In this document: piece after piece, positions 32,876-43,837 of the stretch | Layout of the letters: each line of letters opens with the position of its first letter | Numbering within the stretch: position 1 is the stretch's first letter | From: an uncultured delta proteobacterium | GTDB lineage: Bacteria > Myxococcota > Myxococcia > Myxococcales > Anaeromyxobacteraceae | Length of the DNA: 64,000 nt | Reading direction: 5' to 3' | Assembly: GCA_963766715.1 (NCBI GenBank) | Contig: CAVYBH010000008.1 | Span: 192,001-256,000 of the forward strand | Position numbers and translations under genes: made by a program | The notes under the pieces: model-generated | Databases searched by the model: none | Seen by the model: the letters and a program-made list of their open reading frames with translations, nothing else | Told to the model about the DNA's origin: nothing

Positions 32876-32903
32876 GGGGCCGGCTCCGAAAGGGGCCGGC
32901 CCC
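32876..32903. terminator. GC hairpin between convergent maeB and DUF302 genes
   Basis: GGGGCCGGCTCC-GAAA-GGGGCCGGCCCC, a 12-bp stem with GNRA loop and no strong U-tract. Confidence 0.65.
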
Positions 32904-32913
32904 TCGCGTCCGG

Positions 32914-33303
32914 TCAGCCGACCATGGTCAGCGCGCGCTGGAGCGCGAACTTCACCTCGCCGGCGATCACGTTCAGGCCGGGGTGGGTGGCGGCGATGGT
33001 CGCCATCGGATCGATGGCGCAGATCACGGCCTTCCCGTCGTCCCCCTCGTAGACGATCACGTTGCAGGGCAGCATCACCCCGATCTCCAGCTCCGCCGAG
33101 AGCGCGCGGTAGGCGAGCTTGGGATTGCAGGCGCCCAGGATGCGGTAGCGGCGGAAGTCGGCGCCAATCTTCTGCTTCAGCGTCTCCTTCACGTCGATCT
33201 GGGTGAGCACGCCGAAGCCCTCGTGCTGCAGGGCGCCGGGGAGGCGGTCGAGCGCCTCGTCGAAGGTGAGCTGGGTCTTCTTCTGGATCCGGAAATCGGC
33301 CAT
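32914..33303 (-). CDS. DUF302 domain protein
   Basis: EGFGVLTQIDVKETLKQK, YRILGACNP and IGVMLPCNVIV. Confidence 0.9.
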   Translation of the reverse strand: MADFRIQKKTQLTFDEALDRLPGALQHEGFGVLTQIDVKETLKQKIGADFRRYRILGACNPKLAYRALSAELEIGVMLPCNVIVYEGDDGKAVICAIDPMATIAATHPGLNVIAGEVKFALQRALTMVG

Positions 33304-33325
33304 GTCGCGCCTCCTCGTTCGGGGT

Positions 33326-34780
33326 TCACAGGCTCAGCCGCAGCGCGACGCCGAAGTCGGCCACGGGCGGGGGATAGGCCACCGGCTCGGCCAGGTAGGG
33401 CGGCACGGCGGGGAGGTCGAGGGCGAACCGGAAGGCGCCGCCCTGGGTCCCGTAGTGCACCGACGCGTAGGCCTCGAGCCGCAGGTAGGTGAGCAGCAGC
33501 ACCGAGTAGTCGATGCGGCTGATGAACGTGGTGTCGCTCAGGTTGGCGAGCGTGGAGAAGATGAAGGTGGTGTCGTACCAGTCGAAGGGCTTGGGCAGGA
33601 GCAGGTAGAGCCCGACCTGGTTCCGGCCCACGTAGAACGGATCGTACTGCCCGTTGAAGATGAGCCAGGGGTAGATGGCGGGGTCGGCGTAGCCGAGCGA
33701 GTTGTAGAAGTACTCGGCCCCGAGCGTGAGCGTGTGCCGGTCGTCGTACTTCCAGGTCCAGGAGGCGCCCGCCGTCACCTGCGGCGCGAAGCCGGGCTGG
33801 TACGACTGGTACGCGCCCGGATAGGGCGGGGTCGCCTGCCAGTCGGGCGGGGTGAGCACGTTCCACTGCGGGAGCCCGTTGGGCGTCCCGCGCCCGAGGG
33901 AGGCCTCGCCGTAGAAGTCGATCTCCCAGAGCGCGAAGGACGCGTCGAGCCCCAGGCGCGGCAGCGTCCCCGACCGGGCCACCAGCTCGGCCGCCACCTC
34001 GAGCGGACCCAGCACGACCTCGGCCCGGAGCGCGCCGCCCACCTTCCCCAGCTGGTCCACCACCTCGTTCCCGCTGAAGAGCGCGAAGGCGTAGAAGTTC
34101 CAGCCCGCCTTCTCCCAGGGCACGTGGAGCTTCAGCATCCACTCGCCCTGGCGCTGGTCGAAGACGGAGAGGGGGTCGCGCTTGCGGAAGTGGAGGAAGT
34201 CGGTGGGGTTCCAGAAGCGGGCCACCCCCCAGGTCACCTGCTGCTTCCCCACCGCGACGAAGACGGTCCGCTCGATGTCGAACCGGATCCAGGCCTGGTC
34301 GAGCACCACCTGCGTGCCCAGGGTCTGGCCGAGCACCGAGGCCTGCACGGAATCCGGGACGAGCGGGTTCACCTGGGCCCGCCCGAGCACGAAGGCGCGC
34401 ACGCGGTCGTTGGGGCGGACGTCGACGTAGAGGTCGATCAGGTTGGGCGAGGTGAGCAGCCACTGCGAGGGGGCGAGCCCCTTCTGCCACTGCGTGTCGA
34501 GCCGCAGGTAGAGCATCCCGCCGATGCGGAGCGGGTCAGGGGGCGCGGGCGGCGCGCCGAAGCCCGGGGGCGCCGGGCTCGCGGTCTCCTGCCCCGCGTC
34601 CGGGGGCGCCTTCGGCTCGCCGGGCGGAGGCGGCTTCGGGTACGGCGCGGCGGGGGAGGGCCTGGCCGGCTCGGCCGACGCCGGCTTGCCGAAGATCTCC
34701 TCCTCGCTGGGGCGCTCCTGCGCGGACGCCGGCAGGGCGGCGAGCGCGAGGAGCAGGGCGAGGGCGGGACGGGAGCTCAT
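33326..34780 (-). CDS. Hypothetical outer-membrane beta-barrel protein of the ABC/LolA-like locus
   Basis: Signal peptide, RPSEEEIFG, Pro-rich linker, LDQAWIRFD..VGKQQVTWG..FWNPTDF, GAEYFYN and terminal GVALRLSL. Confidence 0.75.
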   Translation of the reverse strand: MSSRPALALLLALAALPASAQERPSEEEIFGKPASAEPARPSPAAPYPKPPPPGEPKAPPDAGQETASPAPPGFGAPPAPPDPLRIGGMLYLRLDTQWQKGLAPSQWLLTSPNLIDLYVDVRPNDRVRAFVLGRAQVNPLVPDSVQASVLGQTLGTQVVLDQAWIRFDIERTVFVAVGKQQVTWGVARFWNPTDFLHFRKRDPLSVFDQRQGEWMLKLHVPWEKAGWNFYAFALFSGNEVVDQLGKVGGALRAEVVLGPLEVAAELVARSGTLPRLGLDASFALWEIDFYGEASLGRGTPNGLPQWNVLTPPDWQATPPYPGAYQSYQPGFAPQVTAGASWTWKYDDRHTLTLGAEYFYNSLGYADPAIYPWLIFNGQYDPFYVGRNQVGLYLLLPKPFDWYDTTFIFSTLANLSDTTFISRIDYSVLLLTYLRLEAYASVHYGTQGGAFRFALDLPAVPPYLAEPVAYPPPVADFGVALRLSL

Positions 34781-35547
34781 CGACTCTTGGACTCGAGCCA
34801 GGCCTTGGTGAACAGGTTCGGGTCGAGCGGGCGCATGTCGACCGACTTGATGAGGACGAGGGTCTGGTTGGCCTTCTCCACCTCGTCGTAGAAGCGCATC
34901 TCCTCCGCGTACCACACGTCGGCCTTCTTGGACTCGCTGAAGACCTTCTTCCAGCGCGGGTAGTAGGCGGTGCGCATGAGCCGTCCCGACAGCGCCATCT
35001 CCTGCTTCTTCAGCACGTTCCCGGTGGCCTGGTCCACCCAGAGTCGCACCGAGGGGAAGGCGACGTCCACCCCCGGCCGGGCGGTGAGGAGGATCCGGTG
35101 CACGTCGAACTTGCCGAGCTTCTCGTCCTGCTCCCACCTCGCGGTGTACTCCTCGGCCAGTCGCGACTCGTCGAGGTCCCCGCGGCGGGTGTCGGTGCCC
35201 CCGATGCGCTCCCGCTCGGTGCGGCGCTCCCATCTCCCCACCCGCGGATCGTAGAACCAGAGGTTCTTGTCGATGCGCAGGTAGCCCTTCCCCTGCTCGG
35301 TCTTCGGCTCCAGGAAGAGGAAGAGCAGCTTCTGCTCCTTGTCGCGCCGGTAGACCACCAGCTCGTAGACCACGTCGGTCTTGTCCTTCTCCTTGGCCTC
35401 CATGTAGGCGAGCGCCTTCCAGTCCCCGGAGTTGCGCTCCCGCTCGTCGATGGTGCGGATGATCCGGTCGGCCTCCTCCTGGCCGAGCGGCGCGGCCGGG
35501 CGGGGGACGGCGAGGACGGCCAGGGCGAGGACGAGGAGCTTGCGCAT
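34777..35547 (-). CDS. Outer-membrane lipoprotein-sorting (LolA-like) periplasmic protein
   Basis: Signal peptide; LFLFLEPKTEQGKGYLRIDKNLWFYDP, RIGGTDTRRGD and LDPNLFTKAWLE. Confidence 0.85.
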   Translation of the reverse strand: MRKLLVLALAVLAVPRPAAPLGQEEADRIIRTIDERERNSGDWKALAYMEAKEKDKTDVVYELVVYRRDKEQKLLFLFLEPKTEQGKGYLRIDKNLWFYDPRVGRWERRTERERIGGTDTRRGDLDESRLAEEYTARWEQDEKLGKFDVHRILLTARPGVDVAFPSVRLWVDQATGNVLKKQEMALSGRLMRTAYYPRWKKVFSESKKADVWYAEEMRFYDEVEKANQTLVLIKSVDMRPLDPNLFTKAWLESKSR

Positions 35548-35552
35548 GGGGT

Positions 35553-36863
35553 TCACCCGACGTGATGCATGGCGGTGACCGGCCGGAGGCGGGCGGCGTG
35601 GACCGACGGCCAGACGGCGGCGGCGGTGGTCAGCCCGGTCACGAAGGCCACGTAGGCGGCGACCTGCCCCGGATGGATGGCGAGGTGCAGGTTCCGCTGG
35701 AGGAGGAAGTACTGCATGGTCTCGGGCAGCTCGATCCCGGCGGCGTTGAGCGCCGCCCCGATGGCCCCGCCGGCGAGCGCCCCCAGGGCCGCCCCCGCCA
35801 GGCCGAGCAGGAAGGCCTCGAGCAGCGTGAGGCGGAGCACCTGGGATCGCTGCATCCCGATGGCGCGCAGGGTCCCGATCTCGCGGGTGCGCTCCCGGAT
35901 GGCGATGGCGAGCGTGTTCACGATTCCCACCGCCACGATGACCAGGAGCACGGTGACGAGCACGTTGCCCAGCCAGGTGACGGCGGTGACGATCCAGGAG
36001 AGGAAGCTCATCTCGTCCTCCCAGGTGGTCACGTCGAGCTTCTGGCCGGTCCAGTCCTCGGCGTTCACCTTGAACATGAGCTTCTGCCAGTAGGGCTGGG
36101 GATCCGGGTCCATGACCCGGTACCCGGCCTCGCGCAGGGCGGCGCGCAGGCGGGTGGCCACCCGGGACGAGTCGGCCGGGTCCCGGAGGTAGAGCTGCAC
36201 CGCCCCGGTCGTGCCGGCCTTGAGCTGGTAGAGCTGACGCAAGGTCTCGGCGGGGACGAAGGCGTTGAAGGCCGAGAGCAGCCCGATGTTGCGCGCCACC
36301 GCGCCGATCCGCACGTCGGCGGTGTTGCTCGCCCCGCGGGTGGTGGGCGCCGACAGCGTGATCGTGTCGCCGGGCTTCACCCCGAGCCGCTTGGCCTGGT
36401 CCTGGAAGATCAGGATCGTGCCGGGCTGCCGCAGGTCGTCGAGGTTCCCCTCGATCACCTGGACCACCTCGCGGAAGCGGGGCTCCCGGTCGAGCTCCAC
36501 GCCGGCCAGGATGAGGTCCATCGAGCCCGAGTCGGCGACGGCCTTGGCCCACCCCCGGCCGCGAGGCGCCGCGTAGACCAGCTCGGGCACCTTTTCCTTC
36601 ACCGCGTCCCAGGGCTTCTCCCATCCGGCCACGATGGGGGCGGCGGTCCCGCTCGTGATCTTGAAGAACCCCGCCAGGTTCACGTGCCCGGTCATGAGCG
36701 TGGTGGCCGACTGGAGCATGGCCTCGCGCATCCCGGTGGTGAGGCCTCCCAGCAGGACCAGCATGGCCGTGACGCCGCCGATGGCCGAGCCCAGCAGCAC
36801 GTTGCGCCGCGTGTGGCGGGTCAGGTTCCGGGCGGCGATGGCGAGGTCGGTGCCGATCATCAT
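35553..36863 (-). CDS. FtsX/MacB-like ABC permease
   Basis: IAARNLTRHTRR, GIVNTLAIAIRERTREIGTLRAIG and AARLRPVTAM. Confidence 0.9.
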   Translation of the reverse strand: MMIGTDLAIAARNLTRHTRRNVLLGSAIGGVTAMLVLLGGLTTGMREAMLQSATTLMTGHVNLAGFFKITSGTAAPIVAGWEKPWDAVKEKVPELVYAAPRGRGWAKAVADSGSMDLILAGVELDREPRFREVVQVIEGNLDDLRQPGTILIFQDQAKRLGVKPGDTITLSAPTTRGASNTADVRIGAVARNIGLLSAFNAFVPAETLRQLYQLKAGTTGAVQLYLRDPADSSRVATRLRAALREAGYRVMDPDPQPYWQKLMFKVNAEDWTGQKLDVTTWEDEMSFLSWIVTAVTWLGNVLVTVLLVIVAVGIVNTLAIAIRERTREIGTLRAIGMQRSQVLRLTLLEAFLLGLAGAALGALAGGAIGAALNAAGIELPETMQYFLLQRNLHLAIHPGQVAAYVAFVTGLTTAAAVWPSVHAARLRPVTAMHHVG

Positions 36864-39008
36864 TCGTCCGATTGCATGGCCTCGAGCGGGGTCACGCGCA
36901 TGGCCAGCACCGCCGGGTAGAGGGCGGAGAGGATGCTCACCAGGAACACGATGGCCACGGCCGAGAGCAGGCTGGCGGTCCCCAGGCGGGGAACGAGCGC
37001 GGGGCCGGAGAACAGGAAGTACATGGTGTCGTTGGTGGCGGCGATCCCGCCGGCCCACCCGATGGCCTGAACGATCAGGATGCCCAGGCCCGCCCCCAGG
37101 CCGCCGAAGACGAGGCCGGTGGTCACGACCTCCACGACCACCAGCACGAGCACGAAGCGGCGCTGCGCCCCGATGGCGCGCATGGTCCCGATCTCCTTCA
37201 CCCGCTGCAGGGTGGCCATGACCATGGCGTTGTTGATGATGACGAGCGCCACCGCGAAGATGATGAGCACCGCCAGGTAGAGCACCATGCGGAGCAGCCC
37301 CATCGACTGGCCGACGATGCCCGAGGCCTCGAGCCAGGTCATGGCCTTCACCTCCATGCCGGCCTGGTGCGCCGCCTCCACCAGCCGCGGCATGGTCTCG
37401 GCGATGCGTCGCGGGTCGTCGAGGATCACCGCGGCGTTGAGCGCCACCCCCCGGTCGGTCTCGTCCTGGCCGTAGCGCCTGTGGAAGAGCTCGTCGCGCG
37501 TCCGCCGGGTCCCGTTGCCCTCGAGCAGCCTCGACTCGTCGATCGCCTGGGGCGCCGTGGCCTGCACCGGCGCCGGCCTCGCCGCCTCCGCCGAAGAGCG
37601 CGGCCTCGGCGTCCTCCCGCGCGACGAGCCTGGCGCCGGCCCGCTCCTTCAGCTTCCGGATCTCGGCGGCCCGCTCCGGCGTGAGGTAGCCGTAGAGGTC
37701 GCGCCAGGAGTGGATGTCGAGCACGCTCATCATGCCGGCCAGCGCCGAGCGCTCCAGGCCGCGGAACTCGACGAAGCCGTAGACCGGCACGTTCACCGAG
37801 TTGACGTAGCCGCTGCGCGACGGCGCCTTGATGGTGAGGGTGTCGCCCACCTTCACCGAGTACAGCTGGAGCAGCGGCGCCAGCTGCTCGTAGAAGATCC
37901 GGTAGCGCGCGTCGAAGCTCGCGTCGTCGGTGTCGAGCAGGGCCGCCAGCAGCCGGGCCGGGTCGGTCTCCTGGGTCCCCAGGGCCGCCTGGAGCCGCCT
38001 GGCCGCCTCGCGCGTCCGCGTGGGGTCGAGCTGCAGGAGGATGTCCCGGGTCTGCTCGGTGTTCTCCTTCACCCAGCGCTGCAGCTCCTCGTCCTTCGCG
38101 ATCCGGCGGCCGTGGACGTCGCGGGCCTCCTTGATCTTGTCGAGCCGGCGCGCGGTGCGGAGCTTGAGCCAGTCCTCGGCGTAGAGCTTGCCGAGCAGGA
38201 CGCCGCGCTGGCCCGGCGGGATGGCCGTTCCCTCCACCACCTGCGCGCCGGGGAACGCCCGCTGGAAGGCCTCCGGATCGGTCCCGACGTACCGGATGAA
38301 GGTGAAGCCGCCGTCCAGCGAGAGCGGCGCCACCCGGTTCTCCAGGAACTCGAGGGAGCCGAGCGGGTCCTGGTCGAAGCGGTCCCAGAAGCCCCCCTGG
38401 ACGGCCTGCTCCAGCGCGTCGAAGTCGGCCTTGCGATCCTTGTACTCGCCCGCGCTCTCGTCGGCGATCTCCCGGGCCTGGCGGAGCTCCTGCTGGAGGA
38501 GCGTGGCCATCCGGCGCAGGTGGGCCTTGTGGGCCTCGTACTCCGGATCCTCGGGGGGCGGGCCCTGCTCCGCGCGCCGGCGCACGTCGGCGCGCAGCCG
38601 CTCGAGCGCCACGTCGAAGACGTTGCCCATGGACACCATCGCCTGGTCGATGCCCATGGGCACGACCTGCTTCACGCCGGGGACGGTCAGGGCCGCGGCC
38701 TTGAGCCGCGCGAAGTCGTCGATGGGCTCGAGCATCGACTCGCCCATGGTCCCGCCGTAGAGGGCGAGCGGGTCGCGGGACCTGGCGTCGTAGAGCTGGA
38801 CGTGGCCGCCCAGGCTTCCCTGGATGCTCCGGGTCATCCCGGCGTCGATGGAGTCGAGCAGCGAGCTGCCCAGCACCACCACGATCACGCCCAGGGCCAC
38901 GATGCCGCCGACCACCAGCGTGCGCACCCGGCTGGCCACGAGGTTCCTCATGGCCATCTCGAGCAGGATCCGCGCCTGCCGGAAGCGGGACGAGGCCGAT
39001 CCCGGCAC
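36860..39008 (-). CDS. Large FtsX/MacB-like ABC permease with extended periplasmic domain (indel near 37570)
   Basis: MAMRNLVASRVRT N-terminal TM, ~450-aa periplasmic region, IINNAMVMATLQRVKEIGTMRAIGA and AMRVTPLEAM. Confidence 0.88.
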
Positions 39009-39009
39009 C

Positions 39010-39717
39010 TTACGCCTCCGCGCCCTGCACCGCGTCGCGCCCGACCACCCGCCCGTCCTCGAGCCGGACGATGGCGCTGGCGTGCGCCATCACCTTCGGG
39101 TCGTGGGTGGAGAAGATGAAGGTGGTCCCGTCCCGGCGGTTCATCTCGCGCATCAGGTCGATGATGGTGCCGCCGGTCTTCGAGTCCAGGTTGGCGGTGG
39201 GCTCGTCGGCGAGCACGAGCGGCGGCCGGGCGACGAGCGCCCGCGCCACGGCCACGCGCTGCCGCTGGCCGCCGGAGAGCTCGCTGGGGCGGTGCCGGGC
39301 GTGATCGGCCAGGCCCACCGACTCGAGGAGCTCGTTGACCCGGCGCTCGCGCTCCGCCGCGGTCATGCGCCCCTGCAGGAGCAGCGGGAACTCCACGTTC
39401 TGGAACACGGTGAGCACCGCCACCAGGTTGAAGGTCTGGAAGATGAAGCCGATGTGGTCGAGCCGGAGCCGGGTGAGGGCGCGCTCGGTGAGCCGGGAGG
39501 TGTCCTCGCCGTCCACCCAGACGGTGCCGCTGGTGGGCACGTCGACGCCGCCGACCAGGTTGAGGAGCGTCGTCTTCCCGCTACCCGACGGCCCGGCGAT
39601 GGAGAGGAACTCGCCGCGCTGCACCACCAGGTCGACGTGGCGCAGCGCGTGCACCTCCGTCTTCCCCAGCTGGTAGACCTTGGCGACGTCCTGCGCCGCG
39701 ACGATGGGTTCCGGCAT
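39010..39717 (-). CDS. LolD/MacB-type ABC ATP-binding protein
   Basis: GPSGSGKT, GFIFQTFNL, LSGGQRQRVAVARAL, LADEPTANLD and FSTHD. Confidence 0.93.
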   Translation of the reverse strand: MPEPIVAAQDVAKVYQLGKTEVHALRHVDLVVQRGEFLSIAGPSGSGKTTLLNLVGGVDVPTSGTVWVDGEDTSRLTERALTRLRLDHIGFIFQTFNLVAVLTVFQNVEFPLLLQGRMTAAERERRVNELLESVGLADHARHRPSELSGGQRQRVAVARALVARPPLVLADEPTANLDSKTGGTIIDLMREMNRRDGTTFIFSTHDPKVMAHASAIVRLEDGRVVGRDAVQGAEA

Positions 39718-39786
39718 GTGCTCCCCCGCGTGGCGGCGGGCCGCCCGCTCGATGTCCGATCCCTGGCCAGTTATAGTCCCGGGCGC

Positions 39787-40456
39787 GTGACCGCGGAGAA
39801 GAAGCCATTCCACAACCCTTTCGGGAAGCTGAAGGAGCTTCGGAAGGAGGCGTCCGCGCCGCCCGCCCCGCGGAAGCCGGCGCCCCCCGCCGCCGCCCCC
39901 TCCCCCTCGCGAGCCCTCCGACGCCGACCTCTGGGCCGCGGCGATCGCCGACGCCCGCCCGGTGGAAGGCCGGGGCAAGGTGGTGGCGCCGGCCGCGCCG
40001 CGCGTCCCGTCCCCGGAGTTCTGGCATCCCGACCTCGACGCCATCCGGGAGCTCGAGGCGCTCGTCTCCGGCGAGGCCCCCTTCGACATCTCGGACAGCG
40101 ACGAGTTCATCGAGGGGCGCGTCTCGGGGCTCGACCCCGGGCTGGTGAGAAAGCTCCGGCGGGGCGACTTCTCGGTGCAGGCCCACCTCGATCTCCACGG
40201 CCAGTCGAGGGCGGAGGCCAAGGCGGAGGTGGACCGCTTCCTGCGCCGCTCGCGGGAGCAGGGCAAGCGCTGCGTGCTGCTCGTCCACGGGCGCGGGCTC
40301 CACTCGAAGGATCAGGTCCCGGTGCTGAAGGAGGCGCTCCGCAGCTGGCTGGCGACCGCGCGGTTCGGGCGGCACGTGCTGGCCTTCGCGACGGCGCGGC
40401 CGCAGGACGGGGGCGCGGGGGCGATCTACGTCCTCTTGCGGCGCATCGGCCGCTGA
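39787..40456 (+). CDS. Smr/MutS domain endonuclease (indel near 39910)
   Basis: KLRRGDF, LDLHG, LVHGRGLHS and DGGAGAIYVLLRR. Confidence 0.88.
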
Positions 40457-40535
40457 GGAAGGACGGGCGGGAGGTGACAGCCGTCCCCCCGGCGATTAGG
40501 GATGGCCGCGGCTTCCCGCCGCACCGGAGGTTCCC

Positions 40536-41043
40536 ATGCGCTTCCCGATCGTCGCCCTGCTCGTCTCCCTTCCCCTTCTCGCCGCGGCCTCGCCTGCCGC
40601 GACCGCCACGCTTCGCGACGCCCAGGGCAAGGCCGTCGGAACGGCGACCCTCACGCCGGCCGAGGGCGGCGTGAAGATCTCGGTGACCGTGACCGGCGTC
40701 TCGCCCGGGCTCCACGGCTTCCACGTCCACGCCGTGGGGAAGTGCGAGGGGCCGGACTTCAAGTCGGCCGGCGGGCACTTCAACCCCGCGCTCGAAGGAG
40801 CACGGCCTCGAGAACCCGAAGGGCTCGCACGCCGGTGACATGCCCAACCTGTCGGTGGGCGCCGACGGGACCGGCAAGGGAGACTTCCTGGCGCGCGGCG
40901 CCTCGCTCGGCGCGGGCGCGGGCTCGCTCTTTCCCGAGGGCGGCACGGCCGTCGTGCTCCACGCCGCGCCGGACGACATGAAGTCCGACCCGGCGGGGAA
41001 CGCGGGCGCCCGGATCGCCTGCGGCGTCGTCGAGAAGAAGTGA
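40536..41043 (+). CDS. sodC: Periplasmic Cu/Zn superoxide dismutase (indel near 40790)
   Basis: [29 protein letters not shown] and [10 protein letters not shown]. Confidence 0.92.
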
Positions 41044-41054
41044 TCGGCGGGGCC

Positions 41055-41835
41055 TCAAGGCCCCATCGACGAACGCACGTCCCTCATCGCCTGCTGGCTC
41101 ACCCGGAGGAATCCCTCGCCCGGTCGGTCGAGGTCGAGGATGAGCGCGAGCACCACCGCGAGCACCATCGAGAGGATGAGAGTCGCGAAGGCGCTCCGGT
41201 CGCCCGCCAGCCCTCTCGAGTAGCCCAGGGCCGCGAGGACGAGCAGGCTCACCACGTACAGCGTCCCGAAGATGATCGGCGGGATGGGGTTCCGGGTGGA
41301 CGCGGCGAGGCGCCGGGCGTGCATGTCGATCACCTCGTTCACGGCGGCCACGAAGAGCGCCACGGTCGGAGAAGGAACCGCGGTCGCTGCGGCCACGGTG
41401 ATGGTCCAGAGGGAGACGTGCAGGCGCTCGGATCGCGCGATGGCCTCGTTCCTCGCGGCGATCCCACCCGCGGTGGCGTCGAGGCGCGCCTGCGCGTAGT
41501 CGCGCAGGACCGCGCGCGCCTGCGTGCGCATCGGCTCGGGGATGAGGTCGGCCCGGAGCCACGCCGTCCCGATGGCGTTGGCCTCCTCGACGACCAGGGT
41601 CTTCCTGTCGTCGAACCGGGCTCCCGGCCATGCCGAAGGTGAATGCGAGCAGCAGCCCGAGCAGGCCGAGGAGCCCGCCCAGGGTCGTGCCCATGTCGGC
41701 GAGCGAGCCCGTGGAGTGGCGAGCGACGACGCGCCTTCCGAAGCGGTAGCCCGCCTCGGCGGCCACGAAGAAGGCCACGGCGGACCCGAGGAGGACCACG
41801 AAGAGCGGGATTCCCTCGAAGAGCCCCCGGGTCAC
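41055..41835 (-). CDS. DUF4239-like (bestrophin-like) membrane protein (indel near 41620)
   Basis: [37 protein letters not shown] and LILDLDRP. Confidence 0.8.
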
Positions 41836-42543
41836 GCCGGCCGTACCTGCCCCTTCCAGGGTCGCCGCGATCCGCCGCGCCGCCCCCGCGGGGTCACCGC
41901 CCTCGCGCAGCGGGCGCCCGATCACCACCACGTCGGCCCCGGCGAGGACCGCCTCGGCCGGCGTGGCCACCCGGGCCTGATCCCCTCGCGCCGCGCCGGG
42001 TGGCCGGACCCCGGGCACGACGAGCAGCGGCCCGGGCCCCACCGCGGCCCGCACCGCCGCCACCTCGTGGGGCGAGCACACGAGACCGCCCGCGCCGGCC
42101 CCGACCGCGAGCCGCGCCAGCCGCACCACCGCGCCGGCGGCCGGTCCGGCGAGCCCGATCCGCTCGAGCGCGGCGTCGTCGAGGCTGGTCAGCACGGTCA
42201 CGGCCAGGACCCGGAGCCGCCCCGCCGCGCCCCGGACGGCCGCCCGGACCATCTCGTCGCCGCCGGCCGCGTGCACCGTGAGCAGCGACGCACCGCTCGA
42301 TGCGGCGCTGCGCGCCGCGCCCTCGACGGTGTGGGGGATGTCGTGGAGCTTCAGGTCGAGGAAGACCGGACGCCCCAGCGCCGCGGCGGCGCGAACCACC
42401 GGCGGGCCCTCGGCCACGAAGAGCTCGAGCCCCACCTTGAGCATCCCCACCTCGGGCGCGACGGCCCGGGCGAAGGGCTCGGCCTCGCTCCACGAGGGGA
42501 AATCGACCGCTGCGCAGATCCGCTCCCGTGGAGGCGCGGTCAC
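41832..42543 (-). CDS. pyrF: Orotidine-5'-phosphate decarboxylase (3' indel fuses it to the next gene in the ORF track)
   Basis: [42 protein letters not shown] and VIGRP. Confidence 0.94.
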
Positions 42544-43830
42544 GGCTCCCCCACCTGCATGCGGCCGACCTCGGCGAGCACGCGCGACGCCTCCACCGGC
42601 GCCAGGCAGTTCTTCACCTCGAAGAGCGCGAAGGAGAGGTAGGACTCGAGCGCGTCCAGCGCGCGGGCGCGCGCCGCCGGGCCGGGGCGTCCCGAGCCCT
42701 CGCCGACGTTGAGCAGCAGCTGGCCCACGTCGATGTCTCCCTCGGCGCCGATGCGCACGCCGTCGAACACCGCGCGCCGGCCCGGGGGGAGCCGCTCGAA
42801 GAAGCTCTCCAGGCGGCGCCCGGCGTCGGGCTGGACGCGGGACAGCTCCTCGAACACGTGGCGGATGATGCGGGCGTAGGCCTCGAACGGACCGCCCGCG
42901 GGAACGGCCCGCTCCGGTGCTCCCTCCGGCTCGGAGGCGCGGGGGGCCGCACGGGCCACCCAGCCGCTCCGCACCAGCTCGTCGAGGATGCGCATCCCCT
43001 CGTAGGTCCCCAGCCAGGCGTCGTCGAGCGCGCGCCGGACGGTCCGGACGCCGTCGAGGGTGTCGAGCAGCCGCCGGCCCTTCTCTCCCGGATCGCCGGA
43101 TCCTCCCGCGGTCCGGACGGCGACGGCGTCGCGCTCCGGCAAGCCCGGCGCGAGCCGCTCCACCTCTTCCCGCCTCCGCATCCCCTCGAGGAGCAGGTCG
43201 CGGGTGCGCTCGGGCAACCGCACGGCGTTCCGCTCGTCGGCTCGCCCCTCCACGAAGACGAACTCCCCGTCCGCGTCGAGGAAGGCGCCGAGCACGATGT
43301 CGCGGATCTGGAGGCCCATGGCGCCGTAGAGCTGGCCGGGGTCGAGGAGCCCCTCCTCCACGAGCACCTGCCCGAGCGGCCGCGCCGCCTGCCACCAGCC
43401 GGCCGCAGCGCGCGAGCTCCTCGGCCGGGACCAGCCCGTTTCGCCAGAGCACCGCGCCCAGGCGATCGGCGCGCTCGCTGGAGGACGCGAAGGTCACCTG
43501 GCCGTCGCGGAAGCTCACCGTCTTGCGGCGGAGCCCCTCCGGCGCGTCCGGCAGCTTGGCGTCGTGGCCGCCCGCCCCGAAGGACAGGAGCAGCGTGCCG
43601 GTCTTCAGCGAGGTCGACAGGAAGTGGAAGACCTCGGGCGCCGAGAGCGACCGCAGCGACCCGGCCAGGTAGGGCGCGGGCAGCTCGCGCCGGGCGCCGC
43701 GCAGCATCGCGAAGGCGCCGGGCACCGACTGCATCTCCACCGGATCGCCGTCGAGGAGGCCGAGGAGGTCGGCCTCGCGACGCGGCAGGCCGATGCGTCC
43801 CTCGGGACCGATGGCGAGCGTGAAGCGCAC
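42540..43830 (-). CDS. DUF4388 (PATAN-like) protein with N-terminal AbrB-like and central MshEN-like motifs (indel near 43382)
   Basis: [26 protein letters not shown] and [15 protein letters not shown] (DUF4388); N-terminal [16 protein letters not shown]. Confidence 0.75.
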
Positions 43831-43837
43831 GGCTCCC

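Noticed and set aside
40780..43830. Apparent 1016-aa DUF4388-PyrF-membrane protein fusion
   Set aside because: Produced by indels; GTGA start/stop overlaps at 42540-42543 and 41832-41835 mark three separate coupled genes.
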